This document shows positions 30,139 to 39,069 of a stretch of DNA of 64,000 nt, piece by piece. The position numbers and the translations under genes are program-made. Source of the DNA: Rubripirellula sp. (GTDB taxonomy: Bacteria; Planctomycetota; Planctomycetia; Pirellulales; Pirellulaceae); assembly GCA_965216875.1 (NCBI GenBank), contig OZ244207.1:672001-736000 (forward strand). Direction: 5' to 3'. The notes beneath the pieces were generated by a model. That model did not search any database and was not told the DNA's origin. It saw nothing but the letters and a program-made list of their open reading frames with translations. Numbering within the stretch: position 1 is the stretch's first letter; every line of letters starts with the position of its first letter.

Positions 30139-31371
30139 CTAGTGCCAGTTTGCTCCGCAGTGGATGCATTGCTTGGCCAGCGCGGTTGCGAGTTGTTCGC
30201 CGCATTCTGGGCAGGGTGGGCCTTCGGCGATGCGGGCTCGTCGTCGCTTGCGTTCGATGGGAACCTTCCAAGAAACTTCGATCGCCGACACACGCAGACC
30301 ATCAGCCGTTTTCGAAAAAGCGGTGTGCAGTGAAACCGAGTATCGCTTGCCACGTGTTGGTTCGGCTACAAGCTCACACAGACAACTTCCTTTGAAAGGG
30401 TGTTTTTTCAAACAGGCAATATCGACCAAACTGGCCGGCCAATCGCCCTTCGCGATCCAACGATCGAAGTCGCGGTCTGATTCGAGGCGGTGTCGGTGCG
30501 TCGGGACGGTCATCTTTTCAGTGACTTGGCGGTGCATGTGGGCCAGAAACGATGACACGTTCGGTTGCAGATCGATTGAAAAGTAGGGCACTACAGAATC
30601 GAACGTTCCCCTTGAGAACGCAGTGGCGATCTTGGAAGTGACCGCATAAGTCGAAGCCACTTGGCCTGTCCCCAAGTTGGGCAACAAATTCGGGAATCCT
30701 TTCGGTACCCGTTTTTCCCATTTCAGTTTGCCGGTCTTTGAAACGTCCGTCGGCGACTCAGTAACGCCGTCCTTTTCAAACTGGAACAGCACATCGACGA
30801 AGCGGTCTTCGGCTTCATGGTCGATTTGATCCTCCGCGATTGTCTCGCACTCTTCTTCGTCCGTTTCGTTGTCGCGGCATTCCGCTTCGTCGATCAACCA
30901 CTGGGGAAACGCTTGGTTCGGATAACGTTTCCCAAAGAGTTCGAAGTAGGAAAACTTGTGTCGTTTGAAGAGATCGGTGGCGATGCCTGACGTCATGTAA
31001 ACGAGGCAAGTGACCAAGTAGTCGCCAGGCTCGACTTGCATAACAAGATGGTTGTCATGCTGGCCGATTGCCGAAGTGCCTTCACGACCGAAGTAGTCGC
31101 CGGCGTCGATCACAAGTTTGTCCGATTCGACGCGCAGAGGTCTTTGCGCGCGGGCGACCCAATGTTCGGTTTCGTCGGAAGTCAGTTCACCGATGACGAC
31201 ACGGCCACTGATGCCACCGTCTTCGGGAAGTGGCAGGACGAACGATTGATGCTGTAAGCCTGCTGCGATCATCTCTTTCGCGGTGTGCAGTTCGTGCTGC
31301 TTGTTCGCAGCGGCCATCACAATGAAATCGGCATCTTCGCCGATCGCGAAATCAATTCTCGTCGCGTTCAT
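30139..31371 (-). CDS. Hypothetical protein with C-terminal zinc ribbon
   Basis: 410-aa ORF ending CPECGEQLATALAKQCIHCGANWH. Confidence 0.75.
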   Translation of the reverse strand: MNATRIDFAIGEDADFIVMAAANKQHELHTAKEMIAAGLQHQSFVLPLPEDGGISGRVVIGELTSDETEHWVARAQRPLRVESDKLVIDAGDYFGREGTSAIGQHDNHLVMQVEPGDYLVTCLVYMTSGIATDLFKRHKFSYFELFGKRYPNQAFPQWLIDEAECRDNETDEEECETIAEDQIDHEAEDRFVDVLFQFEKDGVTESPTDVSKTGKLKWEKRVPKGFPNLLPNLGTGQVASTYAVTSKIATAFSRGTFDSVVPYFSIDLQPNVSSFLAHMHRQVTEKMTVPTHRHRLESDRDFDRWIAKGDWPASLVDIACLKKHPFKGSCLCELVAEPTRGKRYSVSLHTAFSKTADGLRVSAIEVSWKVPIERKRRRARIAEGPPCPECGEQLATALAKQCIHCGANWH

Positions 31372-31432
31372 CAGGTACCTACAGCATCCGGAGCAGTTTC
31401 GATCGCGGGTACATAGTGTAGGTTGTGGCGCG

Positions 31433-31486
31433 GTAGGTCATGCTGTGCATGCCAATATCCAGTGTGTCATGCACAGCATGACCTAC
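31433..31486. repeat. REPIN-like inverted doublet (GTAGGTCATGC family)
   Basis: GTAGGTCATGCTGTGCATGCC...GTCATGCACAGCATGACCTAC. Confidence 0.9.
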
Positions 31487-31495
31487 TAGCGCGTG

Positions 31496-32020
31496 CTAGA
31501 GGACGTCGAGGAGTTCGACGACGAAGTGGATGTCGGCGTGCGGTGGGACGGCGCCGGGGGAGCCGGTGGCTCCGTAGCCAAGTTTGGATGGGACCCAGAG
31601 TTCGATCATGCCGCCTTCACCGACAAGCTGCATGCCTTCCGTCCAACCGGCAACAACGCTACCAAGCGGAAAGGTTGTCGGCTCGCCTCGCTTGAAGGAT
31701 TCGTCGAAGACTTTTCCGCTACCGAGCCAGCCGCGATAGTTGACTGTGACGCGACTCTCTTTCGTCGGTATCTTCCCGTCAGAGTGACGAAGGATTCGGT
31801 ATTTCAATCCCGATTCGGTCGTCGAGAACTCGGGCACAGCGCCGGGATCGACTGGACCGAAGCCATCTTGAAGTTGAGGGTCATCGACAGAAGTGACCGG
31901 TTTCCAGGCGTCCGTTGGCACGTCGTAAGCAGAAACACCAGCGGTCGATTTCGCGTTGGATTGGCATCCGGAAACCGACACTGCGAAGCACAATAGACAG
32001 CATGGCAACCAAGACTTCAT
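31496..32020 (-). CDS. FKBP-type peptidyl-prolyl cis-trans isomerase, probable lipoprotein
   Basis: TESGLKY, VNYRGWL, FDES, VVAGWTEG, KLGYG, VELL; lipobox-like VSGC; start placed at ATG 32020. Confidence 0.93.
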   Translation of the reverse strand: MKSWLPCCLLCFAVSVSGCQSNAKSTAGVSAYDVPTDAWKPVTSVDDPQLQDGFGPVDPGAVPEFSTTESGLKYRILRHSDGKIPTKESRVTVNYRGWLGSGKVFDESFKRGEPTTFPLGSVVAGWTEGMQLVGEGGMIELWVPSKLGYGATGSPGAVPPHADIHFVVELLDVL

Positions 32021-32192
32021 CGCAATCCCTTCGCTCTGTTCCACTTCCTGCATCAGGCCAAACACCCTCTTGAGCTGCAGAGGGTACGAGTAATAGGCAA
32101 GGGTAGCGAAACCTGAGATTTGCGGAAAGTCCAGCATGACGGGGCGGAATCGCTTAGGTCATGCTGAGGCTTCGAAACTGCGCATTTCAACA

Positions 32193-32296
32193 CTCTCCCT
32201 TGGGAGAGTCGGGCTCTAAGGCCCGGAGAGGGTTTGTTTTCGAAACTCATTCCCTCCCCGGACTTTGCGTCCGACCCTCCCGCAAGCGGGAGGGTG
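32193..32296. repeat. Palindromic intergenic element (CTCTCCC...GGGAGAG type)
   Basis: CTCTCCCTTGGGAGAG...GGAGAGGG and CCCTCCCC...ACCCTCCCGCAAGCGGGAGGGT form nested hairpins with inverted symmetry. Confidence 0.7.
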
Positions 32297-32401
32297 ATTG
32301 TTGGAACGCACGTTAACCTGGGCAAGCACTTCACCTCATGGCACCGTAACTGCAATCCGCAGCACTCGCTATCGCGTGTTGGAGGAGTGCTCGAGGGGCA
32401 T

Positions 32402-32440
32402 CCACCTTCTGGCGAAGGTAGCTACGGCGAAAGTAGCTAC
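32402..32440 (-). repeat. GTAGCTAC-family REP with a 15-bp terminal duplication
   Basis: CCACCTTCTGGCGAAGGTAGCTAC is the reverse complement of the array arm and is followed by GGCGAAAGTAGCTAC. Confidence 0.85.
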
Positions 32441-32477
32441 GGGGATGCGTGGTTGCGAGCCAAAGTAGGGTACGGGC

Positions 32478-33341
32478 TTATTGGCGGACGAGCTTGCGGA
32501 AGGCTTCGTTGAGCTGGTTGGTGATGGGGCCAGGTTTCCCGTCACCAATGACGCGATCATCGAGTTTGACGACCGCGATCACTTCGGCTGCACTGCCGGT
32601 CAAGAAACACTCGTCGGCGATGTAGATGTCGTACCGTGTCATCGGTTCTTGAGCGGTTTCGATTCCTGCTTGTTCGGCCAACTCAAGGACGGCGTTGCGG
32701 GTGATGCCTTCCAAGATGCCGGCATCGATGGGCGGGGTGATCAAGCGGTTCTTGCGAACGATGAAGATGTTGTCGCCTGTACACTCGGCCACTTCACCCT
32801 TGTGGTTGAGCATCAACGTTTCCATGCACCCGGCCTTGAGACCTTCGATCTTGGCCATGATGTTGTTGAGGTAGTTGAGCGACTTGATCCGTGGACTGAG
32901 CGCGGCGGGGTGATTTCGAATCGTTGCTGCGGTCACTAGCTCGAGGCCTTCCTCGTAGAACGAATCAGGGTACAGCGTGATGCCGTCCACGATGATGATC
33001 ACTTGCGGGTCGCTGCAACGATGGGGGTCGAGCCCGAGGGCGCCCGAGCCACGTGTGACGACGAGGCGAATGTAGCCATCTTCGAGTCCGTTGCGGGCAA
33101 CGGTTTCATTCACGTCGGCGGTCAACTTTTCGATCGACATCGGGATTTCGAGTGCGATCGCGTTGGCTGATTCGAAGAGCCGGACGAGGTGCTCGTGCAG
33201 TCGGAAGACTTTGCCGCTGTAGATCCTCAATCCTTCGAAGACCCCGTCGCCGTAAAGCAAACCGTGGTCGTAGACGCTGATTCTGGCGTCTTCGCGAGAA
33301 AAGAACTCACCGTTAATGTAGATCTGTTGGCTCATAGTCAT
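32478..33341 (-). CDS. ilvE: Branched-chain amino acid aminotransferase (class IV PLP)
   Basis: DHGLLYGDGVFEG, YIRLVVTRG, IKSLNYLNNI (PLP Lys), ECTGDNIF, LEGITR, FLTGSAAEVI. Confidence 0.95.
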   Translation of the reverse strand: MTMSQQIYINGEFFSREDARISVYDHGLLYGDGVFEGLRIYSGKVFRLHEHLVRLFESANAIALEIPMSIEKLTADVNETVARNGLEDGYIRLVVTRGSGALGLDPHRCSDPQVIIIVDGITLYPDSFYEEGLELVTAATIRNHPAALSPRIKSLNYLNNIMAKIEGLKAGCMETLMLNHKGEVAECTGDNIFIVRKNRLITPPIDAGILEGITRNAVLELAEQAGIETAQEPMTRYDIYIADECFLTGSAAEVIAVVKLDDRVIGDGKPGPITNQLNEAFRKLVRQ

Positions 33342-33456
33342 TACTGCATGGTAGCTCGAGGGGGCCGCTAGCACATCTTAGCGGGCGGAGCGTCGAATCT
33401 TCTAGATGCGGTCATTGCGAGCGGGGCGAAACATCGCCGGCTCGGCCTTACAACCG

Positions 33457-34293
33457 TCAATCGACATCCGCTTTGGTAACGGCGTCGACAACGGCGGCAT
33501 CAAAATAATTGACCGCCATTCCTGCATCGACCACGACCGATTGGGCCGTGATTCCGCTACTTCGGGGGCTCAAGAGAAAGGCCGCCGTCGCCGCAACCTC
33601 GTCGGTGCTGACGGCGCGTCCGCGTGGGATGACCTTTTCGGCAAACAAGTAAGAATCGACGTAGCCAGGAATTCCTGCCGAGGCACTCGTTTTCAACAAT
33701 CCAGCGGCCACGGCGTTGAACCGCACTTCGCTGAAGCGGCTGAATGACTTGGTCAGAAACGCCAACGAGGACTCCAGTGCCGCCTTGATCGGCGCCATGA
33801 ATCCGTAGCTCTCGCTGGCCATGCGGGTCGTACTGATCCCGATGGTGACCACCGATGCGTCGTTAGCAAACAAGTCTTTCACAGCATTACAAACGCTGGT
33901 CAGTGAATAAGCGGAGATATCGATCGCCTGCAGGAACTGAGCGCGTGTCGTCTCGTGAAACGGGCGGATACCTTCGGGGTAGTCGGCAAAAGCGATGCTA
34001 TGCACGAGCCCATCAAGCGTGACGCCCTCGCCTCGCAACTGCTCGGCCAATGCGTCAATTTCCGTTTGTTTCTCGACGTCGCAAATCAGGACGCGTCGGT
34101 CGGCCAGCAGTTTGGCGAGCGATTCTTTGCGTGATTCGCTTCGCACACTGTAAATGACCTGCCCCCCCGACTGCTCGATCATTCGAGCAATTCGGAAGGC
34201 GACGCTTTTCTTGTTGGCAACACCCATCACTAGGTACGTCTTGCCAGCCAGACCCAAAAAGTCGAAACCGGGTTCACTCGCACTGTCACTCAT
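33457..34293 (-). CDS. fabI: Enoyl-ACP reductase (FabI-like SDR)
   Basis: [35 protein letters not shown] (Yx6K). Confidence 0.85.
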   Translation of the reverse strand: MSDSASEPGFDFLGLAGKTYLVMGVANKKSVAFRIARMIEQSGGQVIYSVRSESRKESLAKLLADRRVLICDVEKQTEIDALAEQLRGEGVTLDGLVHSIAFADYPEGIRPFHETTRAQFLQAIDISAYSLTSVCNAVKDLFANDASVVTIGISTTRMASESYGFMAPIKAALESSLAFLTKSFSRFSEVRFNAVAAGLLKTSASAGIPGYVDSYLFAEKVIPRGRAVSTDEVAATAAFLLSPRSSGITAQSVVVDAGMAVNYFDAAVVDAVTKADVD

Positions 34294-34298
34294 CGCCC

Positions 34299-34754
34299 TT
34301 AGCCCTCCGTCGACGTGATGCTACAGGCAAAGTCCAGACGAGCTGCGACCTTGCCACCGAGCAGTACTTTGCCAGTCATGTAATACGCATTGCTGACTTG
34401 ATCGTTCAGTGTCACGTCCAAATCGATGGTATCGCCGGGACGAACCATGCGTTTGAATTTGACGGCGTCCAAACGGGTCGCCACCGGAACGACCTCGCCC
34501 GTTTGCTCGTCATCGCCATCTTCGTTCGCGGCTGCTTTATCGAAAAGCAATGCTGCACCAGCTTGCAAACAGCATTCGCACTGGATGACGCCGGGCACGA
34601 TGGGGTCGCCGGGAAAGTGCCCCTGCACAAAAAACTCGCTCTTGCGGAACGTCTTGCGACAGACGATTCGAGATTCTTCGATCGAAACAATCTCATCGAG
34701 CAACAGCATCGGCGGGCGATGTGGGATTCGTCGCTGCAGTTCTTCGAGACTCAT
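34299..34754 (-). CDS. fabZ: 3-hydroxyacyl-ACP dehydratase (FabZ family)
   Basis: [37 protein letters not shown]. Confidence 0.85.
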   Translation of the reverse strand: MSLEELQRRIPHRPPMLLLDEIVSIEESRIVCRKTFRKSEFFVQGHFPGDPIVPGVIQCECCLQAGAALLFDKAAANEDGDDEQTGEVVPVATRLDAVKFKRMVRPGDTIDLDVTLNDQVSNAYYMTGKVLLGGKVAARLDFACSITSTEG

Positions 34755-35003
34755 GGGCTAACTTGGGGCGGCTAATGTGGGCGGACTTGGCGACGAGCGA
34801 GGCGATTTTGAGACGCCAAAAACAGACCAAATTCAATGGAGGCGTCAAGCGGGCAATGATTTGGTAGGCTGCCGATCAGAGGGCACATTCAGGGGCCGAC
34901 GCAGGTTCAGAGGCCGACGCAGCGCCCTGACAGCAGCTTGGCGGCTCCCCGGCAGCGCCCTGGCGGCGGGCCAGCTCCGAACTTCAGATCAATCGCAGAA
35001 CCA

Positions 35004-36269
35004 ATGACGACCTATTTTGCTACCGGATCGGAAACCACTTCGCTGACCAGCCAGGATCTCCGCGAGGCGCTCGAGGAGACGTTTGCCAAGATCGGTGAGC
35101 GAAAAAAGGTACTCGTTCTGCCCCCCGACCATACGCGATTGTTCAGTCGTGCGGGCGAGCTGACCGCACAGACTTTCGACCTGTTGGGAGATGCGGTTGT
35201 CGACATCATGCCCGCTCTGGGAACGCACTCGCCCATGAAGCCTGATCAGCTTCAACACATGTTTCCGGGCGTGCCGCTCGATCTGTTTCGGCCTCACCGG
35301 TGGCGCGACGATGTGGTCACCCTGGGGACCGTGCCAGCCGAATATGTGTCTGAAGTTACCGGCGGGCTCTACGACCGTCCCTGGCAAGCTCAAGTGAATA
35401 AGTTGCTTCGTGATGGTGGCCACGACCTGATCTTCTCGGTCGGGCAAGTTGTGCCGCACGAAGTGATCGGGATGGCCAACTACAACAAAAACATCTTTGT
35501 CGGTACCGGCGGCGCCGAGGGAATCAATGAGAGCCACTTCCTGAGCGCAGTTTATGGGATCGAAGAAACGCTGGGCCGAGCCAACACGCCGCTGCGTCAA
35601 ATCCTCAACTACGCCCAAGACAACTTTTGCAAAGAGCTGCCATTGCTTTATGCGTTGACCGTTGTGCAACAGACGGCCGACGGAAAAATGCACACGCGAG
35701 GTTTGTACATCGGTGATGACCACGACACCTTTTTCCAGGCTGCGGACTTGGCCGAAAAGGTGAACATTACGGACCTCGATCGTGCTCCGAATCATGTTGT
35801 TGCGTACCTCGATCCGTCGGAGTTCAAGAGCACTTGGTTGGGCAATAAGTCGATCTATCGCACGCGGCTTGCGATTGCCAATGGCGGTCGCTTGACCGTT
35901 CTCGGTCCCGCCGTCGAAGAGTTTGGAGAAGACGCTCAGATTGACCAATTGATTCGCAAGTACGGTTACCGAACCAAGTCGGAAATCTTGCAACTGGTGA
36001 AAGACAACGAAGACTTGGCTGCGAACCCATCGGCCGCAGCTCACTTGGTACACGGCTCGCACGAAAACCGTTTCGAAGTGGTTTACGGTGCCGGCAGATT
36101 GACCAGCGAAGAAATCGCATCAGTCAATTACACGCCAGGCGACGTCAACCAGTTGATGAATCAGTACGACGTTTCGAAGCTCGACGATGGTTGGCACACC
36201 GATGTCGATGGCAGCGAGTTTTACTTCATCAACAATCCAGCTCTCGGATTGTGGCGAGCGCCGATTTAG
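35004..36269 (+). CDS. LarA (lactate racemase, DUF2088) superfamily protein
   Basis: PPDHTR, ALGTH, VVPHEVIGMANYNKNIFVG, INESH; start placed at ATG 35004. Confidence 0.85.
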   Translation: MTTYFATGSETTSLTSQDLREALEETFAKIGERKKVLVLPPDHTRLFSRAGELTAQTFDLLGDAVVDIMPALGTHSPMKPDQLQHMFPGVPLDLFRPHRWRDDVVTLGTVPAEYVSEVTGGLYDRPWQAQVNKLLRDGGHDLIFSVGQVVPHEVIGMANYNKNIFVGTGGAEGINESHFLSAVYGIEETLGRANTPLRQILNYAQDNFCKELPLLYALTVVQQTADGKMHTRGLYIGDDHDTFFQAADLAEKVNITDLDRAPNHVVAYLDPSEFKSTWLGNKSIYRTRLAIANGGRLTVLGPAVEEFGEDAQIDQLIRKYGYRTKSEILQLVKDNEDLAANPSAAAHLVHGSHENRFEVVYGAGRLTSEEIASVNYTPGDVNQLMNQYDVSKLDDGWHTDVDGSEFYFINNPALGLWRAPI

Positions 36270-36695
36270 GTTCACGAGGAATTCTGCGTAGCTACCTTCG
36301 CCAGAAGGTGGTTGTCTTGACTCGAGGCCGTGTACTGCCATCTCCACGCTATGGCGAGCGCGGGTTTGTAGTACCGCCTTTAGGCGGACAAGCCTGAAGA
36401 TTCCGGCTAAAGCTCGGTACTACGAACCGTTGGGGCTGGAGGTTGCGATCAGCAAAGCCCGGCCGCTTACGCGATCGCGGCTCACGAGGAATTCTTCGTA
36501 GCTACCTTCGCCAGAAGGTGGTTTTCTTGAGGCCGTGTTCTTCTGTCTTCTCGCTCTGGCGAGTGTAGGTTTGTAGTACCGCCTTCAGGCGGACAAGCCT
36601 GAAGATTCCGGCTAGAGCTCGGTGCTACGAACGGTTGGGGCTGGTTTTTTTGGGGGCCGCGTTCTGTTGTCTTCACGCTCAGTGGAGCGTTGCCT
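36269..36695. repeat. Tandem duplication of a ~210-bp composite of nested REP doublets
   Basis: CACGAGGAATTC...CGTAGCTACCTTCGCCAGAAGGTGG...TGGCGAG...TTTGTAGTACCGCCTT.AGGCGGACAAGCCTGAAGATTCCGGCTA.AGCTCGGT.CTACGAAC.GTTGGGGCTGG occurs twice, plus a decayed partial third copy. Confidence 0.9.
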
Positions 36696-36944
36696 CGGTT
36701 GAAGAACCCGGCATTTGCAGTGTTTCCCGCGCGGGAAACTGGAATCGCGGTAACCCGTCAATTTTCCGGCTTGGAGCAGTTTTGGCCATCTGCTAATCTT
36801 CCCCTCCACGCCAATGGAAACGCCTTCGCAATGATCGGTTGGGATGACCGGTGGAAAGGTCGCGAGATTGGCTGCCAAAGGGATGTCGGGAGCAAAGGAA
36901 GGCTTCCAGACACAAAAGGTTCAACCGCTGGAAAGGAGTCCACT

Positions 36945-37463
36945 GTGGAAACCAAACAGCCCTCCGTGAGCGTTCATATTCGTTGGATGATTCGCCGCGA
37001 CATGCCGGCGGTCTTGGGCATTGAAAATCGTTGCTTCGAGTTTGCTTGGAACGAAGACGACTTCATTCGTTGTCTTCGTCAGCGCAATTGCATTGGCATG
37101 GTCGCCGAGCAAGACGACGAAGTGGTTGGGTTCATGATCTATGAACTCCACAAGAATCGCCTGCACATTCTCAACTTTGCTGTGCACCCCGATCATCGTC
37201 GCACCGGCGTTGGCCGAGCGATGGTCAGCAAACTGCTCGGCAAGCTTTCGCATGAGCGACGCAACCGCATCATGCTCGAAGTTCGCGAAACGAACCTCGA
37301 GGCGCAGTTGTTCTTCAAGTCGATCGGTTTCCGAGCCATCTCGGTACTACGTGACTTCTATGATGACACTGTCGAAGATGCTTACCTGATGCAGTTCCGC
37401 TATCAGCCGAGTGCCGAAGAACTCGCTCAGCCGCACAATCGAATCTCTCGCTTGGCCGGCTAG
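36945..37463 (+). CDS. rimI: RimI-like GNAT N-acetyltransferase
   Basis: GTG 36945 follows AAGGAG; LHILNFAVHPDHRRTGVG, LEVRETN, FFKSIGF, FY...EDAYLM. Confidence 0.88.
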   Translation: METKQPSVSVHIRWMIRRDMPAVLGIENRCFEFAWNEDDFIRCLRQRNCIGMVAEQDDEVVGFMIYELHKNRLHILNFAVHPDHRRTGVGRAMVSKLLGKLSHERRNRIMLEVRETNLEAQLFFKSIGFRAISVLRDFYDDTVEDAYLMQFRYQPSAEELAQPHNRISRLAG

Positions 37464-37495
37464 GCACTCAATCAGCGAGACAATCGAATCAGATG

Positions 37496-37529
37496 ACGTT
37501 CCCGTGCAATCGCGCGGGAACGTTTTTTT
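37496..37529 (+). terminator. Intrinsic terminator after rimI
   Basis: ACGTTCCCG...CGGGAACGT stem followed by a T run. Confidence 0.8.
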
Positions 37530-37544
37530 GTCTGTTGAGCGCAT

Positions 37545-37608
37545 GTTTGTAGTCCCGCCTTTAGGCGGAATAGCCTGAAGATTCCGGCTAAAGCTCGGTA
37601 CTACGAAC
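37545..37608. repeat. REPIN-like doublet (GTAGTACC family)
   Basis: GTTTGTAGTCCCGCCTTTAGGCGG...CCGGCTAAAGCTCGGTACTACGAAC; same family as 3481-3554 and the copies near 36364 and 36570. Confidence 0.88.
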
Positions 37609-37633
37609 TTGTCGGGGCGGTGCCGTTCCCGAT

Positions 37634-38800
37634 TCAGTACGTTGGCACTTCGGGATCAATTTCGTGTGACCAAGCGGTGATGCCGCCGCGCAAGTTGGAG
37701 ACGTTGCTGAATCCTTGGTCTCTCAAGAAATGGGTCGCTTGAGCGCTGCGGCCACCCATTTTGCAATGGACGATGATTTCGGCATCTTTGTCCAGCTCGC
37801 CAAGACGCTCGGGTAATTGTCCCAGTGGAATCAGTTTGCCATTGAGATTGCAGAACTCAAATTCGTGCTCTTCGCGGACATCCAACAAAACGAAGTCGGC
37901 ATTCGAGTCGATTTTGGCTTTCAGTTCGGTCGGTTCGATGTCCCATGGACTCTGAGGCTCTGGCATGTCGTTTCCTGTTGAAGTGTTTGGTCCGCCACAG
38001 AATTGTTCGTAGTCAATCGGGGCGGTGATGGTTGGATGGTTGCCGCAAACGGGACAATTGGGATCGCGACTGACGCGCATCTCACGGAATTTCATATCCA
38101 TCGCGTCGAAAAGCAGCAACCGGCCTGAAAGTGTCTCGCCCTTGCCGAGCACGATCTTGATTGCTTCGATCGCTTGAATCATGCCGATCACACCGGGCAG
38201 GACGCCGAGCACACCCCCTTCGGCACAACTGGGAACGGAACCCGGTGGCGGCGGTTCGGGGTACAAGCATCGGTAACAGGGACCGCCTTGGTAACCAAAT
38301 ACAGAGGCTTGGCCTTCAAAGCGAAAGATGCTGCCGTAGCAATTTGGTTTGCCCTGCAGCACGCAAACATCATTGACGAGATAACGTGTCGGGAAATTGT
38401 CGGTGCCATCGATGACGATGTCATACGGCTCGGCGATTTGCAGCGCGTTGTCGCCCGTGAAGGCTTGGTCGAAACAATCGACTTGCACATTCGGATTGAT
38501 GTCGGCGATTGATTCGGCAGCGGAAACGGTTTTGCTGCGGCCGACGTCTTTGGTGCCGTGGATCACCTGACGTTGCAAGTTCGATGCGTCGACTTTGTCA
38601 AAATCGACCAAGCCCAGACGTCCGATCCCAGCGGCGGCGAGGTACATCGCCAAGGGCGATCCCAGCCCGCCGGTACCGACCAAGAGGATGCTGGCTGCCT
38701 TGAGTTTCGCCTGGCCTTCGATGCCCACTTCGGGCAGCGTCAAATGCCTCGCATAGCGAGCGTACTCTTCTTTTGTCAGCGAAGTATCCGACACCATCAA
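37634..38800 (-). CDS. moeB: MoeB/MoeZ-type adenylyltransferase with C-terminal rhodanese domain
   Basis: RYARHL, GTGGLG, SNLQRQ, DGTDNF, CYRC, PSCAEGGVLG, CPVC, rhodanese HCKMGGRS. Confidence 0.93.
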   Translation of the reverse strand: MMVSDTSLTKEEYARYARHLTLPEVGIEGQAKLKAASILLVGTGGLGSPLAMYLAAAGIGRLGLVDFDKVDASNLQRQVIHGTKDVGRSKTVSAAESIADINPNVQVDCFDQAFTGDNALQIAEPYDIVIDGTDNFPTRYLVNDVCVLQGKPNCYGSIFRFEGQASVFGYQGGPCYRCLYPEPPPPGSVPSCAEGGVLGVLPGVIGMIQAIEAIKIVLGKGETLSGRLLLFDAMDMKFREMRVSRDPNCPVCGNHPTITAPIDYEQFCGGPNTSTGNDMPEPQSPWDIEPTELKAKIDSNADFVLLDVREEHEFEFCNLNGKLIPLGQLPERLGELDKDAEIIVHCKMGGRSAQATHFLRDQGFSNVSNLRGGITAWSHEIDPEVPTY

Positions 38801-39069
38801 CCTCCAGCGAGTGCCGGGACAATCAAGATCTCGTCGCGATCATCGAGTGGTGTTTGAGCGCCTTGGCGATCGCGAATGTTTTCATCACCGACAAAAACGT
38901 TGATGTAGTTCTTCAGTTCACCCTGATCATCAAGCAACTGCTGTCCGAGTTGCGGGTGCTGGCTGGCGAGGTCGGCAAGGGCGGCGCCGACCGTTTCACC
39001 GGCTACCTCGACACTGCGTACCCCTTGAGCGTGTTGTCGCAAGACGGTTGGCAACAAGACTTTTGTCAT
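38797..39069 (-). CDS. MoaD/ThiS/CysO-family ubiquitin-like sulfur carrier
   Basis: 90 aa from ATG 39069; YINVFVGDENIR and C-terminal PALAGG. Confidence 0.92.
   Translation of the reverse strand: MTKVLLPTVLRQHAQGVRSVEVAGETVGAALADLASQHPQLGQQLLDDQGELKNYINVFVGDENIRDRQGAQTPLDDRDEILIVPALAGG

Noticed and set aside
30069..31486. Integron cassette or insertion sequence
   Set aside because: The flanks are GTAG-type doublets without attC RYYYAAC/GTTRRRY ends; there is no integrase or transposase and no target-site duplication was seen.
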